64,000 nt of DNA, taken from assembly GCA_030295235.1 (NCBI GenBank), contig AP026136.1, positions 372,001 through 436,000 of the forward strand, written 5' to 3'. The notes under the pieces were generated by a model, which saw only the letters and a program-made list of their open reading frames with translations, made no database searches and had not been told where the DNA came from. Position numbers and translations under genes: made by a program. Below are positions 1 through 11,954 of this stretch, piece after piece; positions within the stretch are counted from its first letter, which is position 1; the number at the start of each line of letters is the position of its first letter. Origin of the DNA: Fistulifera solaris. Taxonomy: Eukaryota.

Positions 1-2668
1 TTTACAACGGTTATGATTAAATTGCTCAGAGGTCGTGTATAATATTTTTCTTGACAGGGTTTGGCGAAAGCGGCCAGTTGATGATTGCGTCTTGAGGAGG
101 AGTGATCAGACGAGAATAGGGGAGGCCTTGTCATCGATAGTATCTTGTATTTGCGCCCTCGGTGAGTGATGATTGCTCCCGGATGGGCATGGTAAAACAC
201 CCTTGAGTACGGTAAAGTGTCGATGACGGCAGCTTCGTCGTGAACACAATCCATCCTTCCTTGTTGGCCATAATGTGAAATGTCAACTACGAGGTAGTTG
301 ATTGGTTCAATCGATCTTAAAGAAACTGTCGACCATGCTCTTGATAAGCTGCGGTGAGCTCGTAAAACGAATCCAGAGACTACACCAGAAGTGGGCTCCT
401 TAATAAGCGATCCCAGTAACACGAGCGCTTCAGCTGCTTTCAAATACATCTCTTTCCCACCGAATAACTCCCAATCACTCATGATGGGCGATGCAGTGTC
501 CGACAAATCGGTAACGGGGTTCTCACCAGTGAGTGGGAACTCATTAGCTGCACAGATCATGTGACCTTGTAGCAATGCAATCGTCGTCATCGGGGAAGTT
601 GTGCTTTCGAGGACAACGGCGTCAACTCCTTTCCCTAGTAGCGTTTTCGGATGACGCCAAATGTATTGCTCTGTTACGGAACCAAAGCAAATCATCACAG
701 AAAGAGATGGTGTCCGATGGAGCCCACGTCCTGCACGCCCCGCTTGCTGCATGAGGCTTGTGTGTGAAGATGGGTAACCGCAATGTAAAGTAACGTCGAT
801 TGCTCCGACGTCCACACCAAGCTCAAGTGCGTTTGTGCTTATTACTCCAAGTAAATGGTTAGAAAACAATTTCCTTTCTATTTCCCGGCGTTCTTTTAGA
901 GTATAACCACCACGGTAAGATTCGATCTTTTGACAATCTTTTTCTCCTAAAATTTTGCTTGCCTTCTCAAACACCCATTCAACCAAATTTCTTGTCTTGC
1001 AGAAAACAATACATCTAACTCCTTTTTGTACCAGTCGTGCGAACAAGAGTGCCGTTTCATCCGCAGCGTGTCGCCTAGTGAAATTGGGTAGCCTTGAACT
1101 GCCTTCCCGTTCTCGTACAACAGGATCGGAGAGATCCGCTTCGCGTATAAACTTATGAGTTTCATTCACCTCTTCGCTTGTATGTCTCCTGTGAAGCACT
1201 GCTTGTACTCGACCATCCATATGGCGCCACAACAAGGGAGGATTCCAAACGAAAAAATGCTTCGCTGCCCTTGGTGAGCCATCGTCTACAATTACTGTAA
1301 CTTCATCGTCACCCACTGGACAGAGTCTCCGAAAGTGTATTTCTGGCTGGGTCAAAGTCGCCGATGCACACACAAACGTCACTTTTTCACATCGTCCACT
1401 GGCAGCGACAACGCGAATCAGCCGCCTCAAGATCATTGCAACGTGTGCACCGAAGACACCATCATAGTATGGGCCTCATCCAGAACCACATACCGCAACC
1501 TTGACAACCAACGTTTGAAGATTTCGTCCTTCGAAGAAAGCAAGGAGGCATGTATAGTGTCTGGATTCGTGAGCAAGATTTTCGCAGTCTCAACTATACT
1601 ACAACGCCGCGACATTGGCGAGTCTCCATCTAAAGTAGCAGGAGAGACCTGGTCTAGCAATGAGTCATCGAGAGTAGATTGCAGCTTAATCAACTGGTCC
1701 TGTGCCAAGGCTTTCGTGGGGAAGATAACAAGACTTGTTTCTCCCTGTGTAACTGCGGCACTCGTCACCGGCAACCAAAAACAAAGAGACTTCCCTGATC
1801 CAGTTCCTGTACAGATTGCCGTATGTTGTCTGTGCAAAAGTGTTGACTCGATAGCCCGTGACTGATGAGAAAACAATTTCCGGTTGTTGAGTTGATAGGA
1901 TTTGAGTACAGAGGAAGAAATCTTCTCAATACATGCGGTGGACAGATCAGCATATACTGCTTCCTGAGCTGGGAGAGACTCAGCCCAAGCAAGTTGGCCC
2001 GGTAGTATATGCTCGACAACTGGATTAGAGTCTATTGATGGGTTTGATTCTGAATCGGAACTGAGATAATCCAGTTGAAAGTGCAGGTGGAAGGCTTCAC
2101 GTGCTACACGCTCGGTGTCTTGCTTTACTAATGATACTTGAGGTATCTGTGAAGATGGAGCGGTTCTTACGACAAAAGCTTGCTCAGTCACCTTACTTGG
2201 CCTCGAAGATTGATTCAGTTTCTTTTGTCGACTTTTCTTTGTCGCGGCGTTTCTTTCTTTGAGTATCTTTTTTAGAGCAGCGACGCGACGTTTGGCAGCC
2301 GTTTTGGTACACCCTTGCAAGAGTGGATACTCCGAAGAAAACCCCAATTGCCAGCGACAATCGTCCCACCGAGCATCTGCTGTAGCACAGTCACCGTTGT
2401 GTTCGTCTGATGGCTTGAGAAACAAATGGAGAATGCCGATTGATGAAAGCTCTCGAATTAGCTGGAACGTTTGCTCGTCGAAACACGCCGTCGGTAAAGT
2501 CCGACGAACATTCAGTAGTGCTACACTCGTGAAACCGGTAGCCTTTGTCAAAAATTGAACAACTGGATCCAAGAGTTGCAACGTTTTCATCAGAGCGTGC
2601 TCCTCAACAGAATTTTCTGTTGCACTTGTTGCGGTGGCATCGGGCGGAGGCGAAGTAAGTGAGGCCAT
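1..2668 (-). CDS. Hrq1/MrfA/RecQ4-like DEAH-box helicase; 3' end runs off the window; frameshifted
   Basis: Motif I TGTGSGKS, Ia FPTKALAQDQ, TNPD and motif II LDEAH in ORF 1433-2668. Other frames continue with YRGGY, STNALELGVDVG and QQAGRAGR (about 730-920). A 1-nt deletion near 1467 breaks DEAHTYDGVFG. Confidence 0.9.
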
Positions 2669-3169
2669 GATTCGATGGACGCTGCGCTTTAAAGCAAGAA
2701 GTGCTTAGTTCTCTAGATAGCCAAAATTCGTTTGCATGCTGAACTAAATATCTTTTTATCCTGTACAAGGTACCAGGTAGTGCTCTTAGTGGCATCATCA
2801 TTCCTCGTCGTCGCTGCATGGCGCGGAAAATAGTGTGCGCGATTGTTGCTTATTGTTGTTGAGGTGGCGCGACGGAGGGAGTTTTTAGTACCGGTTCAAC
2901 ATCATTTAGGGAGCAGGATAATTGAACCCAGAATGGAAAACGGAAACCGAAGCAACACCACCCAATTTTACTTAGTTGCAATATTCAGTTTACTGTATGC
3001 TCCTAAAGTAGTTCCATGCGCAGGTGATCCTCCGTGCGCTTTTTTTCATTTGAATTCGTATAATAGTTCATCGCAGTAACGATAAACAAAAACATCGATT
3101 GAAAGCTTCCTTTTCTGCTTGACTTAACAACAAGCCACAACAACGAGGAGCGCGCATTCTAACCGCAAT

Positions 3170-5411
3170 ATGATGGACGCAGCGACGGGTCCGAGTTTTG
3201 CAATAACGGCTGTGGAAGAGGAAGAGCCAGATTACGGTCTAATAGTCGATGAAGAACACCCGATCGAACACGACGAAATACCAGGTCCACCTTCCATGAA
3301 TCCAACTACAGATGTTATGTCAACTAGCAAGCGAATGGGATTGTCGGTCTCGCGATTTTTGTCGAACACGAATGGTATTTCAACGTCGAACGGTGCCTTG
3401 CAGAGTTCGACGTCATCCGAAACAAAGAAGGGATCCTCTCTTTCCAATTCCTTGAACCCTAAAATGCATAGACGTTTCATTTCAGCTCCTCATTTGAAAC
3501 AGATTGAATCACAAACCAAAAAGTTGTCGAGTTCCTCGAAGGATGAAATGGATTTGAGTGACACAGAGCACCGATGGTCCGGTCAAGGGATCCTGGCAAG
3601 CCGAGCAGATTTGGAACTGCCATTCGACCAATTCGCAGCGGGGTGTAATCTATTGCAAGCGGCGGCAAAAGGCTCTTTAGAGGAAGTCAAGCTTATTCTT
3701 TCTTCGGGGAAAACGCACGTTAACTTTCGAGACTACGATCGTCGAACCGCGTTGCACGTGGCCGCGTCGGAGGGACATTTGCATGTATGTCAGTACTTGG
3801 TCGAACAAAAAGGAGCTCGAATCAACCGTTCAGATCGTTGGGGTGGAAGCGCTCTGGATGACGCGCACAGACATCGCCGTTCGGAGATTATCCAGTTTCT
3901 ACGAAAGCACGGAGCTACGACAGGTAGCGGCAACCGCTCCGTCAATTTAATTGCGGCCGCGGCTGAAGGAGACGTTGACGAGGTGAACACTTTGCTACAG
4001 ATTGGGGGATCACAGCAGAAGCTTAAGTTAGACATCAACAAGGGTGACTACGACAAAGAACGGCACTCCATCTCGCATCCGGGGAAGGACATGTCGAAAT
4101 AGTCCGTCTTCTGTGTGAAGCGGGGGCCGACGTGAATGTGGAAGATCGTTGGTCTCGACGTCCGATGGACGATGCGATATCGGGCTCGCACAAGGAATGT
4201 ATTCAAATTTTGGAACGTTATGGAGGTGCAAGAGGAAGCACGAGGCCTGCAGCTGAGGAAGGTATCGACGATTCGGAGAGGCGTGTCGTTGACAACATGG
4301 AAGTCAATTTCGACGAGCTCGATTTGATTGATCGAATTGGATCTGGAGCATTCGGCGAGATTTACAAATGTCGGTGGCGTGGTACTCTGGTTGCGGCGAA
4401 GATTATTAAGAGCGCAAAAATCAGGCATGACTGGCTGAACAAGCGGATGTTGGAAGAAATCAAGCAAGGGAATGATGTCAGTACATGCATCAAGGAGATG
4501 GACGCCGCTGACCGGGATCTTAATCAGTCCGACAAAGATGAAGCCATCGCGGATTTCCGGCGAGAAATTTCGGTGTTGAAGTCCCTCAGACACCCTCACA
4601 TTGTGCTACTATTGGCCTATTCTACGACGGCAAATCATGAATGTTTGATCTCGGAGTTGATGAAGTGTTCGTTGCTTGACGTCTTCAAAGCTCACATCGT
4701 GCAGGGTACAAAGATGCAGCATCGTCAGCAAATTGCTTATGCTACCCAGCTGGCTCTGGGAATGAACTATTTGCACACTTGCAAGCCTCCCATTGTCCAC
4801 CGTGATTTGGAAACCAGGTAAGTGTCGTTAGTTGGTCGTCTAATGGCATATAGGTGTTGCATAATCCCTCTTGTCTTTTTAAATGACACCTAATTTGTTT
4901 TTTTTGTTTACGCAGCAAATCTTCTTATTGACCACTCCGGCACTTTGAAAATTAGTGACTTTGGACTATCCAAAATTCGACCAGATCCCTCGAAAAAAGA
5001 AACTGACAAATATGTGATGACAGGAGAGACCGGAAGTTACCGCTTCATGGCACCGGAGTGCTTTCGTCATGAAGAATACAATGAGACGGTCGACGTTTAT
5101 TCCTTTGCCATGATTCTCTTTTATTTGCTAGTCGGTCGCCCACCTTGGCCAAATCTTTCGGGTATTGACGCGGTCAAACGAGCTTCCGAGGACGGGGACC
5201 GGCCAAATCTTCCTCGAGATATGGACGTTCGCATGACGAATATGCTGAAGGAGTGTTGGAATGAAAACCCAAACTTAAGGCCTTCGTTTGAACAGATCAT
5301 TGAATCTTTTCCGAGTACAATCGGCTCGTTTTTAAGCTAAAGAGCAGCGACACCGTATTATCGACCACAGCTGCAGCGACCTCGACCACCAATTGCTGCG
5401 TTATTTTGTAG
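3170..5411 (+). CDS. Ankyrin-repeat protein kinase (TKL/Raf-like, plant ILK-like architecture) with C-terminal CaaX
   Basis: Ankyrin repeats (DYDRRTALHVAASEGH). Kinase motifs GSGAFG, VAAK, HRDL, DFG, GSYRFMAPE, DVYSF. Intron 4818-4916 (gtaagt..cgcag). Indels near 4058, 4810 and 5308. The corrected frame ends NCCVIL-stop at 5411. Confidence 0.9.
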
Positions 5412-5781
5412 ACTTTTTCAAATAAATTTAAAACCATCATAATCAAAGGGCTGTTATCTCCGTAGGTTAGTTGACTGTGGAATGAAGGAGTCCCGAAAAG
5501 AACAAGGAACGCTTTCTTTGTGGGACTTTATAAGCTGAAGTGTACTTTAGGGTCCAATCAATTTTCGGCCAAACAATTGGCAGATGGTTTCTACTTTTGT
5601 ACTAGTGTAGCAAGTTGCAGAAGAAGATGAACTTTGTTGGAAGCTGCAAGCAGCATTCCGATCAATTTTAAAAATTCCATCATCCATCGTCATCGTCAAT
5701 ATTTCACCCATTGCCTGGTACCTTTGGTTGAGATTGATGTTGATTGTCGAATAAACACATTTTCTGCTAAATCTAATCAGA

Positions 5782-6642
5782 ATGATCTTTAGATTGAATG
5801 TCACAAGGATTCCTTGGGTCCTTCTGCTGCTTTGGCGCGGAGCCGCACCTTTCACTCCAACTCTCACAGGGATTCGTCGGGACGCTTCGTCGATTCTAAA
5901 GTCGTCGAGCACCGCGGACAACTCCAACATTAAAGACGATATGCTGAACGGCCACAGACAGGTTGTGAAGACAATCAAGTCTATCCTCTTTGATAATCTC
6001 TACGCAGGAACGACCGTGGACCGCTCTTATGCTCGTTTCTACGCCCTAGAAACAATCGCACGAATGCCTTATTTTGCCTACACGAGCGTTTTGCACTTTT
6101 TAGAAACCACAGGTAAATGGCGCCAAGCGGATCGACTTGCGCTACATTTTGCGGAAACTTGGAACGAACTACACCATCTTCTGATCATGGAAGAATTGCT
6201 CACGCAAAGTAAAAACCCGACGCAGGACAAGATTCCGTTTCGTGATCGATTCGTTGCGCAGCATGTGGCTTTCTTTTATTTTTGGTTTGCCGTGGGTTTG
6301 TATTTAGTACGTCCCGATGCGGCGTATAGTCTGAATCAAGCTGTCGAAGAAGAGGCCTATGCCACGTACGATGCTTTCTTGAAGGAGCACGAGGATTATT
6401 TGAAGAGTCAGCCGGCTCCAGAAGTTGCCATCAACTACTACAACGGAAGCGGACAGGACATGTTCGACCGCATGTCAAAAACATTATTGATCGGAAAGAT
6501 TGATTGCGCAACATCATCGCGTCGAGTTGAGTGCAAGACGTTGTACGATTGCTTCGTTGCGATTCGAGACGATGAACTAGAACATAGTCAAACGATGGAG
6601 CTTCTGAAGCAAGAGCCTTTCGAGCTTGACCAGTCCGGATAA
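5782..6642 (+). CDS. PTOX: Plastid terminal oxidase (alternative oxidase family di-iron protein)
   Basis: RFYALETIARMPYF, HFAETWNELHHLLIMEEL and IRDDELEH di-iron motifs. N-terminal signal peptide ending near AAPF. Confidence 0.88.
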   Translation: MIFRLNVTRIPWVLLLLWRGAAPFTPTLTGIRRDASSILKSSSTADNSNIKDDMLNGHRQVVKTIKSILFDNLYAGTTVDRSYARFYALETIARMPYFAYTSVLHFLETTGKWRQADRLALHFAETWNELHHLLIMEELLTQSKNPTQDKIPFRDRFVAQHVAFFYFWFAVGLYLVRPDAAYSLNQAVEEEAYATYDAFLKEHEDYLKSQPAPEVAINYYNGSGQDMFDRMSKTLLIGKIDCATSSRRVECKTLYDCFVAIRDDELEHSQTMELLKQEPFELDQSG

Positions 6643-6759
6643 TTGACCGCGATAGCGATTTCGGAAAAATAAGTTATTAATGGATTGATCTTTTTTGAAG
6701 TATGTAACAGCACATATTTTACGGAATGTATTGTAAGGGAATCGGTGGATTATTGTGAC

Positions 6760-8248
6760 TCAACGAAGGTCAATGTCATCATCTTCGAGACTCGCCTCGT
6801 CATCCTCGAAATTCAGAGCATCAAGCTCATCTTGCAGGTTTTCCGTATTCTGCACGGCGTGCTCATCTGCATCATTTTCGTAGCCCGTTTTCTGTTTCCA
6901 GTAGATCGTTAAGGGATGTTTCAGGAGCTTTCGGTGCTTCAGACTTTGTTGCTTTCTCTTTTCAGCAGACGAAGTACTTTTCGAGGGTTTCTTCTTTGAG
7001 TGTACTTCGTCGCCGGGGAGTTTCTTTCTTGCTACTCCCGACAAACGTAATTCCGTAACCAGAGTGCGCAAAGACTCGTGTAGGTTAGCCAGAGCCGCAC
7101 GGTTCGAGCCGGCAGGATCACGCGCTTCTTCGAGAGCATCACCGTCTCTGATTTTAATAGCTCGAAAGAGCTCCTCAGAGAGCTTACATTCCCTGCTAGA
7201 AAGATAAGGCGTGTTCTGACAGTGTCTGTTTAAAAAGCGTTCTTCAGCCCCAACTGGGTCACCTTGCGCTAGCATCAAGATTGTCTCTGTGCAATATGCT
7301 CGTCCCAGGGATAACGTTGACACACCATCTCGCTCCAAAAGAGTCGAGGCTGCTCCAGCGGCATAGAGCGCAGAAGGGTATTCGCCTTGCTGCACAAGCA
7401 TATGGACTACTTGTTGCAAAGGCTCATGGGAGTAAGACCGGGTCGCAATATGAGATTCGGCCAATTGTATGCTTTGAGGAGAAGCAGTCTCAACTGTTTC
7501 ATTCTCCGTGATAAATGCCGATCGACCTGTTTGGCGATAGCGTGCGTATGGGTTGAATAGATCAGGAACAAAGGCTTCAACAGCTTCTTCAAGGGCAGTG
7601 AGGGCATCTTTTGAAATCATAACTGAAGTATCGCCATTCATGTTGGTATTTCCAACAATGGAGAGTGCTGCTTTGATTTGCGTTTCTGCTGCCTTCGCTG
7701 TTTCTCCCATCTGCGTCCATGCTTCCGCAGCTTTCTTGTACATATCAGAGGCATCGCGTCGCAATTGTTCCACGTCCAAATCCTCGTCAGACTCGAGCAG
7801 AAGCTCTGCGGCTCTCGTGAAATCACTAGCTGCTGAAGCCCAAGCTTGTACGGTCATGTTACATTCTCCAGACTGCACGCGGAAAAGCCGTTCGAGACGA
7901 GGTTCTTGAGCTACCTGATAACAGTCAGCGGCACGTTTATAAAAGGTGGAGGCTGCTACTGGATCTGGTGACGTGAAAAAGCCGCGCTCCATGGCTTTGC
8001 TGGCCTTCTTTTATAATCTTCAGCCTCTTTCATTTTCGCCGCCTTCACCTCCTCGGAGATTCTGGGTTTGGCTGTCGCGCTCCGTGCCTGATACCCACGA
8101 CTCGCGGCAGACGCTGTCGAAACTGTCGGTGCCGCTGTTGACTGTGTAGCGGCGGCGTTGGTGCTTCGACATTTTGGTGCAGGTCCTTTACTAGCGGCTC
8201 CTCCAAAGAGGGCGTCGCGGTTCGCATTAGCATTCTTTTGTAACTCAT
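6760..8248 (-). CDS. Gamma-SNAP-like soluble NSF attachment protein (TPR-like); 5' part frameshifted
   Basis: FFTSPDPVAASTFYKRAADCY, helical SNAP repeats and an acidic C-terminus ending EDDDIDLR. The N-terminus is in shifted frames at 7990-8248. Confidence 0.7.
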
Positions 8249-8843
8249 AACGGCGGAAGGCTCTACTAAAACAGAATACTGCGGTGTAAAACAAAGTTGT
8301 CGTAGGTGAATGAAGACTAGAAAAACAAAAACAAATTTCGTCTAGTTTGGAAGCAGATTGTTATTATTCTCGTTTTGCCTCGCATGGTCATCACACGCAT
8401 AAAATAGGCGTCGCAATAAAAAAAACGCTTGGATTAAGTCACGAATCACGAACACGAATCCCGAAAATGAGTTTATCAAGCGGCTCCAGCTATACCAGAA
8501 GTCAACAAGGGCCATTATATTAGAAACGCATCAACTAGTTCAAGCAAGATTTCAAGACACTCAAATACAACACTGGAAATAAATAATTCGTTTTGATGTC
8601 TCATAAAACCGTATCGAGTATGATTACGTGCCTGGTATGAAGTCTAGACTACTACAGAGTAAATAAACAGAGGGTGCGGCTAAGGATTCAATAGAAATTG
8701 ACAATGACCATGTTAATTTCATCTAATAGCCACAAACTTATCCTGTCGATCCTGTTCTGTGAAATAGCGTAATGTTCACACCCTTCGCAGCCCCAATTCA
8801 AGCTAACATCCAATTACTTTGTATTAAGTGTTGAGTAAAATTA

Positions 8844-11048
8844 TTAGTGAAAATCAAAAGGATTTCCCTTTGGCGATGCTGGAGACTCCATCTGCGTAGG
8901 TGACGACTGCTGGGACTGAACGCCATTGGGCTGAGGTTGAATTTGCTGCTGAACAAACATAGGACCGCCCTGGCCTTGAGGCAGCTGCTGGTGCATGAAC
9001 GCTTGATTCAGAAATTGGCCGCCGAAAGGTACTTGCATTTGGGGCATGTCCTGAACTTGTGGCATTGGTTGCTGCTGCAATTGCGGTTGAAAAGACATTT
9101 GATTTTGGTAGGATGGGGCTGACCGCTCGCTCGCTTGCATTACCGGAGCGGCGGGCGACGGAAAGGCATTAGGAGACGGAAGGGAATCACTATTGAGTTG
9201 TACCGTATCCTTGTTCAAAGCACTTGGACTAGGAATTCCAGCAAACGCATCAGAAGCATTCGGGCCTGATAGGGTTTGCGTTGCGAATGAGGGCGGATGC
9301 TGTGTTGCTGGTGGTTGCTGAATAGATGTTGGATTGCTTGAATAAGTCTCACTTGACGCGGTGCTCTTCGTGGTGCCACCAATAGTTGAAGCGATAGAAG
9401 ATGACTGAACTGGAACGGGAATGGCAGCAAATGCATCTCCGCGAGAATTCTGAGATGACAGACCTTTGGCGAATTTCAATACATTTTGTAGCTGATCGGT
9501 CGATAAAGTCTTCAACAAATCGATTACTTGGCTCAAAAGTGAGCTATCATCATCACGAGGAAACAAATCAGCATCAAGATGAGATTCATCCGTTTGCTTC
9601 TCTTTACCGTTCACATGTATGGTGTAGTAGGGCTTTAATTCATCATCAAGGTGAACTTTTACAATTTTGGCCTCTCCTGAATAACTCGTGCTTTTATAGT
9701 ACACCCTTTGTCCTTCCTTGTACTTGCCAGGATCTTTCTTCTCAGCTTTCGAACTGTCTTCCACCTGAGCTGACTTTTCTAGGTGGAAGTCCATTGCAGA
9801 AATTGCATCGGCAGCCGAAGCAGCGCTTACTGACGGCTGCAAGCCTTGACTTAACTGAGACATATTGAATGGCTGATTTTGCTGCTGAAAAGTAGGAACC
9901 ACAAGTGGCTGCAATGGTTGGTGTACGACTTGGTTCGCACCAAAGGCCTGCTGAGGAATCGCGTCTTGTAGAACATCGCCAAAATTCCCAAATTCTAGCT
10001 GACCAGATGACTGATTTATGGCAGCTGTATTGTATCCTTGGTGTTGCGGCTGAGTGATCTGCTGTGTCATGTAAGGTTGACTTAAATGCCCAAACTGCGA
10101 AGCGCCTTGCAATTCTTGTTGTGGCTGTCCCAGTGGCTGGTTTGGTACTTGTAACTGCTGCAGTGTCTGGCTTGACTGACCGTGCTGCGGCTGCACAGGC
10201 TGTTGCGCAAATGGGTCTGATACTTGCGAAGTAGGAACAATCTGTTGAAAGGGATCTGGCTGGCTTTGACGAGCCTGCGAAGAGCCGAAATCTGCCGGAA
10301 AAGCCTCTGGCTGTGCTGATGTGGGAGAGGGAAAGTTTGCGAAATTCGCTTCAAACGCAGGTTGTTCTACATTCGGAGTAGCGTTGTTGCCAAAGGCGTC
10401 CCACTGCTGTTGTTGTGTCGGTTGTTGTTGCTGTTTTCCTGAATCAAAATCCGCAAACAAGTCGACCGCCGCTTGTCGAGAAGGAGTCTTACGTTGAGGA
10501 GGAGGGGGATTGTTCGAAGAAGGTATCTGAACCACAGTCGGTTGAGGTTCCGCAGCCGCCGGTCGTTGCTGTCGTCGCTGTGCGGGCGCTTGTTGCGGTG
10601 GTTCACTACCGCCTCCTCCATACCACGCACGGTCCTTGTACTTTCGATGAATCCATGCGCGCACCATGTTAGGATCGCGATTATCCATAGGACGCCGCAG
10701 TCTTTCCGTAGACGGACTGTACCTCGCCATGTGCAAAGCATTGATCTGATCGTTGTCGGTCGCCTTGAGCTGCTCGGCTTCTTCGGCCGTGAAGCTACTG
10801 TGTCCGACGCTCTTGATGCGTGCATTCGATTCGCGATGCACACCGGCACAAGTCATGCAGATGAAAGTTCCAACTGTCAGATTGACACACGATGGCAGCT
10901 TAGAGGAGCAATCGGCGCATTTCTTATTCGCTGGTACGCGTTGGAGCTGCCGAATGACCTCATCGGGGGAAACGTTGTCCGTTTTGCGGCGGCTAGCGGT
11001 TGTGGCTCGGCGAGCTGCCCCGCTTGAGCTTCCAGGAGGCGAAAGCAT
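8844..11048 (-). CDS. ArfGAP-domain protein (AGFG/Hrb-like) with Q/P-rich tail and NPF/DPF/DAF motifs
   Basis: Zinc finger NKKCADC..FICMTCAGVHRE with the catalytic Arg, RIKSVGHSSFT and WIHRKY. C-terminus GNPFDFH. Confidence 0.88.
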   Translation of the reverse strand: MLSPPGSSSGAARRATTASRRKTDNVSPDEVIRQLQRVPANKKCADCSSKLPSCVNLTVGTFICMTCAGVHRESNARIKSVGHSSFTAEEAEQLKATDNDQINALHMARYSPSTERLRRPMDNRDPNMVRAWIHRKYKDRAWYGGGGSEPPQQAPAQRRQQRPAAAEPQPTVVQIPSSNNPPPPQRKTPSRQAAVDLFADFDSGKQQQQPTQQQQWDAFGNNATPNVEQPAFEANFANFPSPTSAQPEAFPADFGSSQARQSQPDPFQQIVPTSQVSDPFAQQPVQPQHGQSSQTLQQLQVPNQPLGQPQQELQGASQFGHLSQPYMTQQITQPQHQGYNTAAINQSSGQLEFGNFGDVLQDAIPQQAFGANQVVHQPLQPLVVPTFQQQNQPFNMSQLSQGLQPSVSAASAADAISAMDFHLEKSAQVEDSSKAEKKDPGKYKEGQRVYYKSTSYSGEAKIVKVHLDDELKPYYTIHVNGKEKQTDESHLDADLFPRDDDSSLLSQVIDLLKTLSTDQLQNVLKFAKGLSSQNSRGDAFAAIPVPVQSSSIASTIGGTTKSTASSETYSSNPTSIQQPPATQHPPSFATQTLSGPNASDAFAGIPSPSALNKDTVQLNSDSLPSPNAFPSPAAPVMQASERSAPSYQNQMSFQPQLQQQPMPQVQDMPQMQVPFGGQFLNQAFMHQQLPQGQGGPMFVQQQIQPQPNGVQSQQSSPTQMESPASPKGNPFDFH

Positions 11049-11359
11049 GATAAGGTTTTAAAGCTAGCTTTAAAAGCAGAATAATGTTGAAATATCAAGC
11101 TCGCCACCGTCACGTTTTATATGAGTTCGATCGCGTCATCGCAGCGTTTCGCCTGCCGCCTGCGTAAAAAAGCTTTTGAACGCTTTGCGACGTTGTGACT
11201 TTTTGGACAAAAGTTCGCAAGTCACGAGCTACGACTCGTCCCTTCACTGACGAGGGACGGACGGCTGTCGCATTTTGCGCAAAACCATCGAAAACAAAAA
11301 GCAAAACTCACTATGGCGTCCTTCCTGACATTCCATATCAATGAAAGCGTGGTTAAAAC

Positions 11360-11868
11360 ATGGTAAACGCTCAAACTGTAAAAGTATTACCGAAAAAGAC
11401 CTCATCAAGCCAGCGGCGGCCGGTTGTAGTGATAAGTAGCGGACAAGCATTCCCCCTTTCTGCGAAACCTTCGAAATCACCGCGCCCGCACGAGAAGCAA
11501 TCCGCACCGGCCAAGAGTAATAAGACACCCGAATTCGACTTTTCGCAAGCATCACAAGAAATAAGACACTTTGGATCCAAACAATTTGCTGGAAAATCGA
11601 AAAAGAGTACGAGGATGAGCAATACTTCAAATTGACAGGACGAAAACGAAAACAGCATCAAGTCCCCTTGCCGATTGTCCGAGGAATTAAGAAGAAAGCC
11701 GCCGAACGAGAGGCTAGGGCTCGCGAAGAAGCGAAACAAGCTGGAATTGTGCTTCCACAACCTAAGAAAGCTAAGAAGGAGTATGACAATACTTCACGAG
11801 TACACGGGCCTGCTCCTAGCGTCGGTTTTATGAAGAAGGGTATTCTTCGAGTCAAGGACAAAGTTTAA
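11360..11868 (+). CDS. Small basic protein, possibly Faf1/DUF4602-like 40S biogenesis factor; frameshift near 11600
   Basis: Two joined ORFs. The motifs EIRHFGS, VPLPIVRGIKKKAAERE..EAKQAGIV and PSVGFMKKGILRV resemble fungal Faf1, from memory. Confidence 0.55.
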
Positions 11869-11954
11869 TTGTATAACATTTCGATTATTTGTTCGTAGAT
11901 AAAAATCAGCTAAACGACTTTTATTCCACCACAAATCTTCTATCCAGGTAGTTT

